A stretch of 64,000 nt of DNA, taken from the NCBI GenBank assembly GCA_035253825.1, contig DATFBM010000044.1:3246-67245 (forward strand). The letters run 5' to 3'. This DNA comes from Acidimicrobiia bacterium. GTDB lineage: Bacteria; Actinomycetota; Acidimicrobiia; Spongiisociales; ZC4RG35. Positions 50,364-59,622 of this stretch are shown one piece after another. The notes beneath the pieces were generated by a model. That model did not search any database. It was not told the origin of the DNA and was given only the letters and a program-made list of their open reading frames with translations. The stretch's first letter is position 1. Each line of letters begins with the position of its first letter. A program made the translations under genes and the position numbers.

Positions 50364-51119
50364 TTAGGGATTTCCCGCTGCTAGCCGCATGGCGTCGAAC
50401 GGCGCGGTCATACCGGTCCAAAGCCTAAATCCATGCCCGGCTTGAGCTAAAAGAAGCTCAAGACCATCAACCACCGGGATTCCCAGCTCCCGGGCCCTGG
50501 CCACCGCCGGCGTCTCGGCGGCGGCGTAGGGCATATCGAGCAGGCCCGAGGCCAGGTCGAGAACCTCTTCGGGCAATGGTTCCCCTTTCATTCCCAGTGG
50601 GGTCGAGTTCACTACCCGGGCCATTACCACCGGAACTCCCCAATGCACTTCGCCAAGCTCGATGCCCAACCGACGAGAAAGGTCCGATCCGCTCCCGAAG
50701 GTGCGAGAGGCGATATAGAGCGTCGCCTGGTTCTCGAGAGCCACTGCTGTCGCCGCCGCCGCTCCGCCGGCGCCGAGGATCAGGATTGGCCCGAGATCCG
50801 GCATCGCCTGCCAGCATTCTCTGACGGCGGTGATATCGGTGGAATGGCCCACGACTTCGTTGCCCTCGCGAACCACGGTGTTCACCGATCCCGCTCGCTC
50901 AGCCTCTGATTCGACTCGATCACAAAGCGAGTAGGCCTCAGCCTTATGAGGCATCGTGACGTTGAAACCGTCGAGGCGGCCCTGGCGCAGGTCTTCGAAC
51001 GTCTGACGCAATCCAGCGGAGTCAACCTGGCGAGCGGTGTATTCGCCATCGACACCTGCGGCGGCGAAAGCTGCCCGAAAGATTGCTGGCGACCGCGAGT
51101 GTGAGACCGGGTCGCCCAC
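50364..51119 (-). CDS. aroE: shikimate dehydrogenase (canonical-start model; true start probably CTG 51143)
   Basis: GDPVSHSRSPAIFRAAF, NVTMPHK and ILGAGGAAAA motifs. The GTG 51119 model begins at the G of the conserved xxLxGxP strand. The in-frame CTG 51143 restores LSKLRLALVGDP and overlaps the mltG stop (CTGA). Confidence 0.88.
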   Translation of the reverse strand: MGDPVSHSRSPAIFRAAFAAAGVDGEYTARQVDSAGLRQTFEDLRQGRLDGFNVTMPHKAEAYSLCDRVESEAERAGSVNTVVREGNEVVGHSTDITAVRECWQAMPDLGPILILGAGGAAAATAVALENQATLYIASRTFGSGSDLSRRLGIELGEVHWGVPVVMARVVNSTPLGMKGEPLPEEVLDLASGLLDMPYAAAETPAVARARELGIPVVDGLELLLAQAGHGFRLWTGMTAPFDAMRLAAGNP

Positions 51120-51139
51120 CAGGGCGAGTCTGAGCTTGC

Positions 51140-52222
51140 TCAGGGAATGATGCCGGCTTGGCGGGAACGTTCGATGTTCGCCAAATGCTCGTCGTAGGTC
51201 TCGGCGAAAGCATGACCGCCTTCGGCGGTGGACAACACGTAAAAGTAGAACCCGCTCTCGGCAGGATTGGCCGCCGCTTCCAGGGAGGCTCGCCCGGGAG
51301 CTCCGATCGGAGTCGGTGGCAGCCCCGGATACTTGTACAGGTTGTAGGGACTTTCGGACTCGTTGTTGAAGAGGGCCGGGTCACGGGTGCCGATGCCATA
51401 GAGCACCGAGGCGTCGATCTGTAACGGCATGCCTTCGGCGAGGCGGTTGAAGATCACGCTCGAAACGAGCTCGCGCTCGTCGGCCACTCGCACCTCGGCT
51501 TCGATCAGCGAGGCAATGGTCATGCCCTGATAGACGTCGAAACCGGCGTCGGCGAGCCGGGTCCAATCGACTGAACCCACGCGCTCTTCCATGGTGTCAG
51601 TCAGCACCTGCAAGATCCGCGAGGCAGGCGATTCCCGCAGGAATTCGTAGGTGTCGGGAAAGAGCAATCCTTCCCAGTCACTCAGGGTGGGGGCCGCAGG
51701 CATCGCCCGGAGGTCGGTGAGCACACCACCCTGCGACAGCGCCGTTTCGAAGTCGCCCCGGGGAAGGCCCGATGCTTCCACCAGGACGTCGATGATCTCG
51801 GTCACCCGAAGGCCTTCCGGGATCGTTACCCGGTAGGCGTCGGCGATCGGCCCCCGCAAGAGCAGCGGGAGAACGTCCTCGATGGAGCTACCGGTCAAGA
51901 ACCGGTAGGTTCCGGCCCGGAGCTGGTTGGCGATGCCTTGATCCCGAACGGTGAGCTCGAACTCGTTAGCGCTGTCGATCACACCTTCGGCTGCGAGCAG
52001 GGTGGCTATGGCCCGGGCACTGGAACCAGGAGGGATAGTGACTTCGACCTCTTGTCCGGGTTCGATGGACACAACAGAGGACTCCTCGGCCGCCCCCTCG
52101 AGCGACCCTCCCACCAGGCGGGCCAGGCCCGTGGCGGCGATGACAACCACCAGAGCCGTGATTCCGAGGCCCAAGATGACCCGGAGCCAGCGTGATTGCA
52201 GAAGAGAAGACCAAGAATTCAT
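51140..52222 (-). CDS. mltG: endolytic murein transglycosylase MltG (YceG-like)
   Basis: 360 aa with an N-terminal TM helix and the YceG pattern (GTYRF, ASLIEAEV, YNLYKYPGLPPTPIGAPG). Confidence 0.9.
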   Translation of the reverse strand: MNSWSSLLQSRWLRVILGLGITALVVVIAATGLARLVGGSLEGAAEESSVVSIEPGQEVEVTIPPGSSARAIATLLAAEGVIDSANEFELTVRDQGIANQLRAGTYRFLTGSSIEDVLPLLLRGPIADAYRVTIPEGLRVTEIIDVLVEASGLPRGDFETALSQGGVLTDLRAMPAAPTLSDWEGLLFPDTYEFLRESPASRILQVLTDTMEERVGSVDWTRLADAGFDVYQGMTIASLIEAEVRVADERELVSSVIFNRLAEGMPLQIDASVLYGIGTRDPALFNNESESPYNLYKYPGLPPTPIGAPGRASLEAAANPAESGFYFYVLSTAEGGHAFAETYDEHLANIERSRQAGIIP

Positions 52223-52235
52223 GGTGAAAGACGCG

Positions 52236-52643
52236 TCATCGGCGACGGTCCAGGAATGACTGGAGGATAACGGTGGCGGCGACCTTATCGAGGTTCGCCC
52301 GCCTGGCCCGGCGCCGCGTTCCTGCCTCGAGCATCACCCGTTCGGCATCCTTCGAGGTAAAGCGCTCGTCAACCCATGTGACCGCTAGCCCGGTCGCCTC
52401 TTCGATCTCGCGCCCGAAATCGCGCGCCGCGCGGGCTGATTCGCCCTCCTGGCCGGAAAGCGAGGTGGGAAGTCCGATCACGATCTCGATAACCCCGTAC
52501 TCCTCCACCAGGTCGGCCACCCGAGCCGGGGCCTCTCGGCGGGGAACGACCATCAACGCATGGGCGGCGATCCGGAGCTCATCGGAGATCGCCACCCCTA
52601 CCCGCTTGTGTCCGAAGTCGAGTCCGAGCGCCCGACCTTTCAC
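52236..52643 (-). CDS. ruvX: Holliday-junction-resolvase-like nuclease RuvX (YqgF)
   Basis: 135 aa: ALGLDFGHKRVGVAISD, VIGLPTSLSG. GTGA overlap with alaS. Confidence 0.9.
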   Translation of the reverse strand: MKGRALGLDFGHKRVGVAISDELRIAAHALMVVPRREAPARVADLVEEYGVIEIVIGLPTSLSGQEGESARAARDFGREIEEATGLAVTWVDERFTSKDAERVMLEAGTRRRARRANLDKVAATVILQSFLDRRR

Positions 52644-55264
52644 TGCTGGGCGAGGGCGGTGGCGGCGGCCTCGCGGACTTGATCTAGCGCCTCGCCAAGC
52701 CGTTCCCCGTGGGGACCCCCGGCCTGGGCGAGCGCCGGGTCGCGACTTCCGCCACCTCCCAGGAGGCGAGCTCCCACTCCAACCAGATCGGCGGCAGAGA
52801 CTCCTCCGCTGACCAGACCGGCAGTTACCGCACCGACCAGAGACCCCTTGCCGTCGGTGCTCGAGCCGAGGATCACAACCGCCGACGACAGCCGATCACG
52901 GACCGAGATAGCGAGGAGGCGGAGCTGTTCTGGTGAGAGGCCCGCAGGCTTTTCGACAACCAGGTAATGCTCTCCGATCTTGGTCGCCCCGGCAGCGAGC
53001 TCGGACGCCAGGTGGTCTCTATCCCGCTGGCGATAGGAGGCGAGATGGTCTTCCAGGTTCTCGATCCGGGCGAGAAGGGCTCGAACCCTCTCCGGGGCTT
53101 CGGCCGGAGAAGTCCGCAAAAGGTGGCCAATGTTGTTGAGTCCGTCCCGCCATTCGATGAACTGGCGGTAGGCGGACTCGCCGGTCAGGGCTTCCACCCG
53201 CCGGATGTTGGAGCCGATGGACGATTCCGAGGTGACCACCAGGGGCCCGACTTGGCCCGCGGTATGGGTATGGGTGCCCCCACAAAGCTCGACTGAAAAC
53301 TGACCAATCTTCACCAGACGAACGACGTCGCCGTACTTGTCGCCGAAAAAGGCGAGAGCGCCCGCCTGGGTCGCCTCCTCCTTGCTGGTGATGGTGGTGG
53401 AGACCACCCCGTTCTCGATCAACCTCTGGTTGGCCTGTCGTTCGATCTCGGCTAGCTCCTCCGGAGCGACTGCGGAGAAATGAGAGAAGTCGAACCGAAG
53501 CCGTCCCGCCTCGACCAGGGAGCCGGCTTGATGGGCGTGATCACCGAGAACGTTTCGGAGGGCCCAGTGCAAAACATGGGTTCCGGTGTGGGACTTGCGA
53601 ATCTTTTCCCGTCGGGGGCTATCGATCGCCAGCTCGGCGTCCTGACCCACACTCAGATAACCGCTTCGTACCCGGCCGCGGTGGCCATGAAGGCCTTGGA
53701 GGGCATGGCGGGTGTCGCGGACTTCAACCGTCCCGCTGGCAGTGGTGATGACACCCGAGTCGCCGATCTGTCCACCTGACTCCGCATAGAACGGAGTCAC
53801 GTCGAGGAATACTTCAACCTCTTGCCCTTCCTCCACCTGCTCCGTGAGCTCGCCCTCCCGAGTCAAGGCCAGGATGCGGCCGCTTCCAATCTCTGATTCG
53901 TAGCCGATGAAAGTGGTAAGCCCGATCTCGTCCAGAATCGCCCGGTAGGACTCGGCGCTGGCCGCCTCGTCGCCACCCTTCCACGCCCGACGGGCTCGCT
54001 GGCGTTGCAGATCCATCTCGGCGTCGTATCCCCCCCGATCGATCGCCACGCCCCGTTCCGACGCGATCTCGGTGGTCAACTCGATCGGAAAGCCGTAGGT
54101 GTCGTGCAACCGAAAAACCGTGGACCCGCTCAGCGACTCGCCCTCTTCCAAGTCCGAAATCTCGGATTCGAGGAGGGCGACGCCCGATTGCAATGTCCGG
54201 CGGAATCGCTCCTCCTCCCGTCCCACCACGGATATGACGAGATCCTTTTTCTCCCGAAGCTCTGGCCAAGAGGGACCTAGGACCTCGGTGGTGGCTTCGA
54301 CGAGATGAGGGGTTATCAGTTCCTTGCTCCCCAACTGCCAGGCCCGGCGGACTGCGCGTCGGAGGACGCGCCTCAACACGTAACCGCGGCCGTCATTGGA
54401 GGGGACTACCCCATCGGCGATGAGGGTGGTGATGGTGCGAGCGTGATCGGCCAAGATCCGGAGTGAGACATCGGTGGCCTCGGATCGCCCGTAAGCAACA
54501 CGAAGGTTCTCTGCCGCATCAGCAATGATGAAGGCGAGGGCGTCGATGTCGAAGACCGAGTCGACCTTCTGGAGGACCGCGGCCGTGCGCTCAAGGCCCA
54601 TTCCGGTGTCGATGTTCTTTTGCGGAAGGTCACCGATGACGTGGTAGGGCTCGTCCTGGATGTTCTGCATGAAGACGAGATTCCAGATCTCGACGTAGCG
54701 GTCTTCGTCGCCCCCGATCGGACCCCCGGAGGCCCCATATTCGGGGCCTTTATCGAAGAAGATTTCCGAACAAGGTCCGCACGGTCCCGGCACACCCATC
54801 TGCCAGAAGTTGTCCTCGCCGCCGAGCTGCACCCGGTCAGCGGGGACACCTGCTTGATCGATCCAGATCTGACGCGCTTCGTCGTCGGTGTGATGGACGG
54901 TGAACCAGAGAAGGTCGGGGTCGAGCGAGAGCTTTTCGGTCACGAACTCATAAGCCCAGGCAATCGCACCTTCCTTGAAGTAGTCGCCGAAGCTGAAATT
55001 GCCCAGCATCTCGAAGAAGGAGAGATGTCGCTGAGTAGTGCCGATGATGTCGATATCTATGGTGCGGACGCACTTCTGCACCGAGACTGCGCGCTTGAAA
55101 GGCGGGGTCTCCTCACCCAGGAAATACGGCTTGAATGGGACCATGCCGGCGTTGTTAAGCAACAGCGTCGGATCGGTGGGAATCAAGGAAGCCGAAGGAC
55201 GCAGGACGTGGCCGCGAGCCACGAAGAAATCGGTGAAGGCCTTCCTGATCTGATGCGAATCCAT
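52640..55264 (-). CDS. alaS: alanine--tRNA ligase
   Basis: MDSHQIRKAFTDFFVARGH is the canonical AlaRS N-terminus at ATG 55264. Editing-domain motifs HTGTHVLHWAL and CGGTHTH are present, as is a C-terminal DHHA1-like region. The 15-codon extension to 55309 is not conserved. Confidence 0.96.
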   Translation of the reverse strand: MDSHQIRKAFTDFFVARGHVLRPSASLIPTDPTLLLNNAGMVPFKPYFLGEETPPFKRAVSVQKCVRTIDIDIIGTTQRHLSFFEMLGNFSFGDYFKEGAIAWAYEFVTEKLSLDPDLLWFTVHHTDDEARQIWIDQAGVPADRVQLGGEDNFWQMGVPGPCGPCSEIFFDKGPEYGASGGPIGGDEDRYVEIWNLVFMQNIQDEPYHVIGDLPQKNIDTGMGLERTAAVLQKVDSVFDIDALAFIIADAAENLRVAYGRSEATDVSLRILADHARTITTLIADGVVPSNDGRGYVLRRVLRRAVRRAWQLGSKELITPHLVEATTEVLGPSWPELREKKDLVISVVGREEERFRRTLQSGVALLESEISDLEEGESLSGSTVFRLHDTYGFPIELTTEIASERGVAIDRGGYDAEMDLQRQRARRAWKGGDEAASAESYRAILDEIGLTTFIGYESEIGSGRILALTREGELTEQVEEGQEVEVFLDVTPFYAESGGQIGDSGVITTASGTVEVRDTRHALQGLHGHRGRVRSGYLSVGQDAELAIDSPRREKIRKSHTGTHVLHWALRNVLGDHAHQAGSLVEAGRLRFDFSHFSAVAPEELAEIERQANQRLIENGVVSTTITSKEEATQAGALAFFGDKYGDVVRLVKIGQFSVELCGGTHTHTAGQVGPLVVTSESSIGSNIRRVEALTGESAYRQFIEWRDGLNNIGHLLRTSPAEAPERVRALLARIENLEDHLASYRQRDRDHLASELAAGATKIGEHYLVVEKPAGLSPEQLRLLAISVRDRLSSAVVILGSSTDGKGSLVGAVTAGLVSGGVSAADLVGVGARLLGGGGSRDPALAQAGGPHGERLGEALDQVREAAATALAQQ

Positions 55265-55350
55265 TGATTGGCAAGGGTACCGGTGCCGTTTCTCCCACCA
55301 GGGAGCCAAGCGAGCGTTCGGGGGAGTGCCGCCGCAGCCGGCGAGGGCTG

Positions 55351-56595
55351 CTACCGGAGAGGGACGATCTTCTTGACCTCTCCCTCGTAGGTGAGGATGT
55401 AGAGCTCGCCCTGCGAATCAACGCCGAAGCTATTTATCTGACCGGCGTCTTCGAACCGAAGCTGGTGATCGAGGACTTCGCCCTCCGCGTATCGAAAGGA
55501 CCGGACCCACCCCCCACACCAATCGGCGTAGAAATAATGTCCCCGGAGCTCGGGGATGGCTTGCCCTCGATAGACGAAGCCACCGGTGATCGAGCAACCC
55601 TCGTCATGGGTGTACTCGAGCACTGGAAGCGTGAGGTTTTCCGCCGCGGGATCGCACCCGGGCTGAAAGCAATGGGTCCCCTCCATCCGTAGCCAGCCGA
55701 AGTTGTACGGCGCCCCCGACAGAGGTACGACGTCAATCTCTTCGTAATCGGAGTGGCCGACGTCGGCGATGTAGAGGAGATCACGGTCGATGGTGAAGCG
55801 CCAGGGATTACGGAGCCCTTTCGCCCAGACCTCCGGCGCCCCCTCCCCGTCCTGGTAGGGATTGTCCGGAGGAATGGCGTACGGCTCGCCCCGGTCCACG
55901 TCGATACGGAGGATTGCCGAGAGAAGACGCGATGGGTCCTGGGAATTGACCGAGGCCGCTCCACCTTCACCCAAGGACATCCATAGGTAGCCGTCGGGCC
56001 CGAAGAGGAGCATCCCACCGTTGTGTCGGGTGGTGGGTTTGTCGAAGGTGATCAGTGGCTGCTCGGACGAAGCGTCGGCGAGACTGGGATCGTCCGACAA
56101 CGCGAACTCCGAAAGTTGGGTTTGTTCGGCCGAAAGCCGGTAGTAGTAGACGAAGAAGCGGCCGTTGTCGGCGAAGTCAGGGTGAAAGGCCATCCCCAAC
56201 AGCCCTTGCTCGATGCCCCCGCTGTTCACGCGATCGCTGAGGTCCAAGAAGGGCTCATCGCCCAACGTGCCTCGTTCATCGAGGATGGATATGACCCCGG
56301 TGCGCTCGAGCACGAAGCGTCGGGGGTCAGCAGGGGGACTGAGGAGCAAGATCGGTTGCACCAGGTCCGAAATCACCGGTTCGAGACCGAGTCCCAGCAA
56401 CGGCGCCAGTGTCGTAGTGGGGGCCACGGTTGTCGTCGGGGCGGTGATTGGAACCGTGGTTGGGACAGTGGTGGTGGCGGAACTGACTGAGGTGACGGCG
56501 GCGGTCGCCGTCGGGGTCGGAGGTGCCGAGGTGGGACTGGCTGCCAGGGCGCAGGCCCCGAAAAAGAGGAGCCCCCAAGGGCGAAGCAGCTTCAG
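55351..56595 (-). CDS. PQQ-dependent (soluble) sugar dehydrogenase family lipoprotein; N-terminal signal peptide reachable only from CTG 56595
   Basis: The beta-propeller part carries HNGGMLLFGPDGYLWMSLGEGG and GLRNPWRF. The track ORF starts at GTG 56427. However, the same frame stays open upstream and encodes (L)KLLRPWGLLFFGAC-ALAAS followed by a Thr/Pro linker, i.e. a lipoprotein signal peptide with a lipobox Cys. The CTG overlaps the rarA stop (CTGA), with AAGGAAAGG just upstream. Confidence 0.75.
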   Translation of the reverse strand: MKLLRPWGLLFFGACALAASPTSAPPTPTATAAVTSVSSATTTVPTTVPITAPTTTVAPTTTLAPLLGLGLEPVISDLVQPILLLSPPADPRRFVLERTGVISILDERGTLGDEPFLDLSDRVNSGGIEQGLLGMAFHPDFADNGRFFVYYYRLSAEQTQLSEFALSDDPSLADASSEQPLITFDKPTTRHNGGMLLFGPDGYLWMSLGEGGAASVNSQDPSRLLSAILRIDVDRGEPYAIPPDNPYQDGEGAPEVWAKGLRNPWRFTIDRDLLYIADVGHSDYEEIDVVPLSGAPYNFGWLRMEGTHCFQPGCDPAAENLTLPVLEYTHDEGCSITGGFVYRGQAIPELRGHYFYADWCGGWVRSFRYAEGEVLDHQLRFEDAGQINSFGVDSQGELYILTYEGEVKKIVPLR

Positions 56596-57899
56596 CGCCT
56601 TTCCTTTTTCATCACCCGGTCGGCTTCCTCCAACCGGGCTGCCACCTCTTCCTCGGCTCCTTCGCGGCCCGGCTTATACAGGATCTGAGGATCGGAGCCT
56701 TCGGGCCAATAGTTCTGTTCGACCACCCCGCCGGGGTGGTCGTGTGGATAGCGGTAGCCCTTGCCGCCACTGGAGCGGAGATGCAAGGGCACCCGCGGCG
56801 AATTGGTGTTGGCGACGGCCTCGGTAGCGGCACTGATGGCCCGCGCTACCGAGTTGGACTTGGTCGCCGTCGACAGATAGAGACACGCTTCTGTCAAGTT
56901 ATACGTTGCCTCGGGAAGGCCGACATGGGCGAGGGCGTCCGCCGCCGCCACGGCGATTTGGAGGGCGACGGGATCGGCCAGGCCAACATCCTCGGAGGCG
57001 AAGATGATCATCCGCCGGGCGATGAACTCGGGGTCCTCGCCGGCAGCGATCATCAGATGAAGCCAGAAGAGGGCGGCATCGGGATCAGAGCCCCGCATGC
57101 TCTTGATGAAGGCGGAGATGACGTCATAGTGCTGGTCGCCGGTCTTGTCATAGCGAATGATTCGTCTCTGCAGCGCCTCTTCCACGTCCTCCTTGGAGAT
57201 CGTCGCTGAGCCTCTCTCCTGAGCGAGCGTGGCCGCCACTTCGAGGCTGTTGAGGGCGAGGCGGGCATCTCCTCCAGTCCGTTGGGCGATGTCGGCTCGA
57301 ACCTCCGGATCGATGGACAATGCCCGGTTGCCCAAGCCGCGGTCCGAGTCCGACAGCGCCCGCTCGATGAGCGCTTCGATGTCGGCGGGGCGAAGGGGCT
57401 CGAGGCGAAAGATCGTCGATCTCGAGATCAACGGCGAATTGACCTCGAAGAAGGGGTTCTCGGTGGTGGCGCCGACCAGGATCACGATCCCGTCCTCGAC
57501 ACCAGGGAGAAGGGAGTCCTGCTGGCTCTTGTTGAACCGGTGGATCTCATCGAGGAAGAGAACGGTCCGGCGTTCTTCGGTCTCCAAGCGCTGGCGAGCC
57601 CGCCCTAACACCTCGCGCACGTCTTTGACGCCCGCCGAGGTAGCGGACAAAGTCTCAAATGCGGCGTCGGTGTGGGCGGCGACCAGGCGGGCGAGTGTGG
57701 TTTTTCCGGTCCCTGGAGGGCCCCACAGGATCATCGAAACCGGGCGGCCGCTCTCCATCATCCTTCGAAAGGCGGCGCCGGGTTTGAGCAAGCCCGGCTG
57801 GCCTACTACCTCGTCGAGGTTCGCCGGGCGCATTCTGGTGGCCAGTTGAGCCACGGCCCGCAACGTCTCTTCGGCCCGAGCCTCGAAGAGATCACCCAT
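56592..57899 (-). CDS. rarA: replication-associated recombination protein A (RarA/MgsA AAA+ ATPase)
   Basis: 435 aa: ILWGPPGTGKTTLARL, LFLDEIHRFNK, and the C-terminal MgsA domain (DQHYDVISAFIKSMRGSDPDAALFWL). Confidence 0.92.
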   Translation of the reverse strand: MGDLFEARAEETLRAVAQLATRMRPANLDEVVGQPGLLKPGAAFRRMMESGRPVSMILWGPPGTGKTTLARLVAAHTDAAFETLSATSAGVKDVREVLGRARQRLETEERRTVLFLDEIHRFNKSQQDSLLPGVEDGIVILVGATTENPFFEVNSPLISRSTIFRLEPLRPADIEALIERALSDSDRGLGNRALSIDPEVRADIAQRTGGDARLALNSLEVAATLAQERGSATISKEDVEEALQRRIIRYDKTGDQHYDVISAFIKSMRGSDPDAALFWLHLMIAAGEDPEFIARRMIIFASEDVGLADPVALQIAVAAADALAHVGLPEATYNLTEACLYLSTATKSNSVARAISAATEAVANTNSPRVPLHLRSSGGKGYRYPHDHPGGVVEQNYWPEGSDPQILYKPGREGAEEEVAARLEEADRVMKKERR

Positions 57900-59622
57900 C
57901 GTCGGCGATCTCGAGACCGAGCTCGGCGAGTTGGAACCTTTCGACCTCTGTGGGGCTGCCGGCCATGGGATCCTGCCCCGATTGCGTCTTGGGAAACGGG
58001 ATCACTTCCCGAATGTTGGCTTCGTTTTGAAGCACCATGAGCAAACGATCGATCCCAAAGGCGAATCCCCCGTGGGGAGGCGTCCCGTAGCGCAGCGCCC
58101 GCAAGAACCATCCGAAGCGACTCTCTTGCTCGGAAGGCGAGATCCCGAGGATGTCGAATACACGTCGCTGGACCTCGGGGTCGTGGATTCGAATCGAACC
58201 CGAACCGAGTTCCGTGCCATTGACCACCACGTCATAGGCCCGGGCAAGTGCCTCGAGGGGGCGGTCCTCCATTGCCTTCACGTCCTGGGGTGAGGTAAAA
58301 GGATGGTGGAGGAAGGTCAAGCCCTCCTCCCCCGGCTCGAACATTGGGAAGTCTGTCACCCATAGGAATTCGAGGTCCTCGTGGGTCTCTGGGCGGCCAA
58401 GCTGGAGCCGTAGCTGTCCCAACGCCGACACGGCCGTCAGCCACTCCCCCGCGACGAGCAACAGCACGTCACCGGGGGCGGCGTCGAGGTCTCGGATCAC
58501 CTGGCTGACCTCGGCTTCGCTCAAGAACTTGACAACCGGGGATCGAACGGTTCCCCCTTCTTCGACCACCATCCACACCAGACCTTTCGCCCCCAGGGAT
58601 TTGGCCAAATCGGTGAGCCGGTCGGCGCTCGAGCGGGGAAACTCACGCCGGCCGGCGTTGATCCCACGCACCACCCCTCCCTCTTCGATCGCCGAGGCGA
58701 ATCCCCGGAAGTCGGTTGACGAGAAAACCGGCCCTAGGTCGACGATCTCCATGCCGAAGCGCAAATCCGGTTTGTCAACTCCGTACCGGTTCATCGACTG
58801 GTGCCAGGTCAGACGTCGGAAGGGAAGAGCCGGCTTCTGGCCACGCAGGGTCTCGACCGCGGCGGCGATCGTGAGCTCCACCGCCTCCTGTACATCGGCT
58901 TCCGACCAGAAGGCTCCTTCTAAGTCCAACTGGGTGAACTCGAGCTGGCGATCGGCCCTGGTGTCCTCGTCGCGATAGCAGCGGGCGATCTGGAAGTAAC
59001 GCTCGACACCCGCCACCATCAGCAGCTGCTTGAACAGCTGGGGCGATTGGGGCAGGGCATAGAAGCTGCCCTGGCGGAGCCGCGATGGCACCAGCATGTC
59101 GCGTGCTCCCTCCGGCGTCGAGCGCACCAATGTGGGCGTTTCGATCTCGAGGAACCCCAATCCTTCGAGCGTACGGCGAATGGCAGCAATGGCATCCGAG
59201 CGAGCTCGGAGGTTGGCGGCCATGCGCGGGCGACGTAGATCGAGATAACGAAATTCGAGCCGGGTTCGTTCGTCGAGCTCGGTGCGATCGTCGAGCATGA
59301 AGGGAAGGGTGTCGGCCGGGCTGAGCACCTCGATGGCATGCGCCGCCACCTCCACGGCTCCGGTGGCCAGGTCCGGGTTGAAGGTCCCATCGGGGCGAGG
59401 ACGCACCTCTCCTTCCACCCGGATACAGAACTCCATCCTCAGGTCTTCGACGATGGCGAGGGCTTCGGGATCCGCCACAACCTGCACCAAACCCGAGGCG
59501 TCCCTCAGGTCCATGAAGGTGACTCCTCCATGATCTCGGCGGCGGGCGATCCAGCCTGCCAGGACTACCTCTCGGGTGGCCGGATCCGCACAGTCGAGGG
59601 CGTGATGGGTGCGAAAGGTCAC
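57892..59622 (-). CDS. aspS: aspartate--tRNA ligase
   Basis: 576 aa with an N-terminal OB anticodon-binding domain (GWIARRRDHGGVTFMDLRD). Class II motifs FYALPQSPQLFKQ, CYRDED, GGFAFGIDRL are present, as is the bacterial insertion domain. Confidence 0.95.
   Translation of the reverse strand: MTFRTHHALDCADPATREVVLAGWIARRRDHGGVTFMDLRDASGLVQVVADPEALAIVEDLRMEFCIRVEGEVRPRPDGTFNPDLATGAVEVAAHAIEVLSPADTLPFMLDDRTELDERTRLEFRYLDLRRPRMAANLRARSDAIAAIRRTLEGLGFLEIETPTLVRSTPEGARDMLVPSRLRQGSFYALPQSPQLFKQLLMVAGVERYFQIARCYRDEDTRADRQLEFTQLDLEGAFWSEADVQEAVELTIAAAVETLRGQKPALPFRRLTWHQSMNRYGVDKPDLRFGMEIVDLGPVFSSTDFRGFASAIEEGGVVRGINAGRREFPRSSADRLTDLAKSLGAKGLVWMVVEEGGTVRSPVVKFLSEAEVSQVIRDLDAAPGDVLLLVAGEWLTAVSALGQLRLQLGRPETHEDLEFLWVTDFPMFEPGEEGLTFLHHPFTSPQDVKAMEDRPLEALARAYDVVVNGTELGSGSIRIHDPEVQRRVFDILGISPSEQESRFGWFLRALRYGTPPHGGFAFGIDRLLMVLQNEANIREVIPFPKTQSGQDPMAGSPTEVERFQLAELGLEIADDG

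Noticed and set aside
55330-55350. GCAGCC-CTCGCC-GGCTGC hairpin right after the dehydrogenase stop, considered as a terminator.
   Set aside because: A 6-bp stem with no downstream U-tract on the minus strand, and alaS follows 86 nt later. This is not enough to call a terminator.
56400-56520. Repetitive ACC/ACG/CCG-rich DNA here, and a similar tract at about 22930..23000.
   Set aside because: These are in-frame Thr/Pro linker regions of exported proteins (the dehydrogenase lipoprotein and the SGNH protein), not independent DNA repeat elements.
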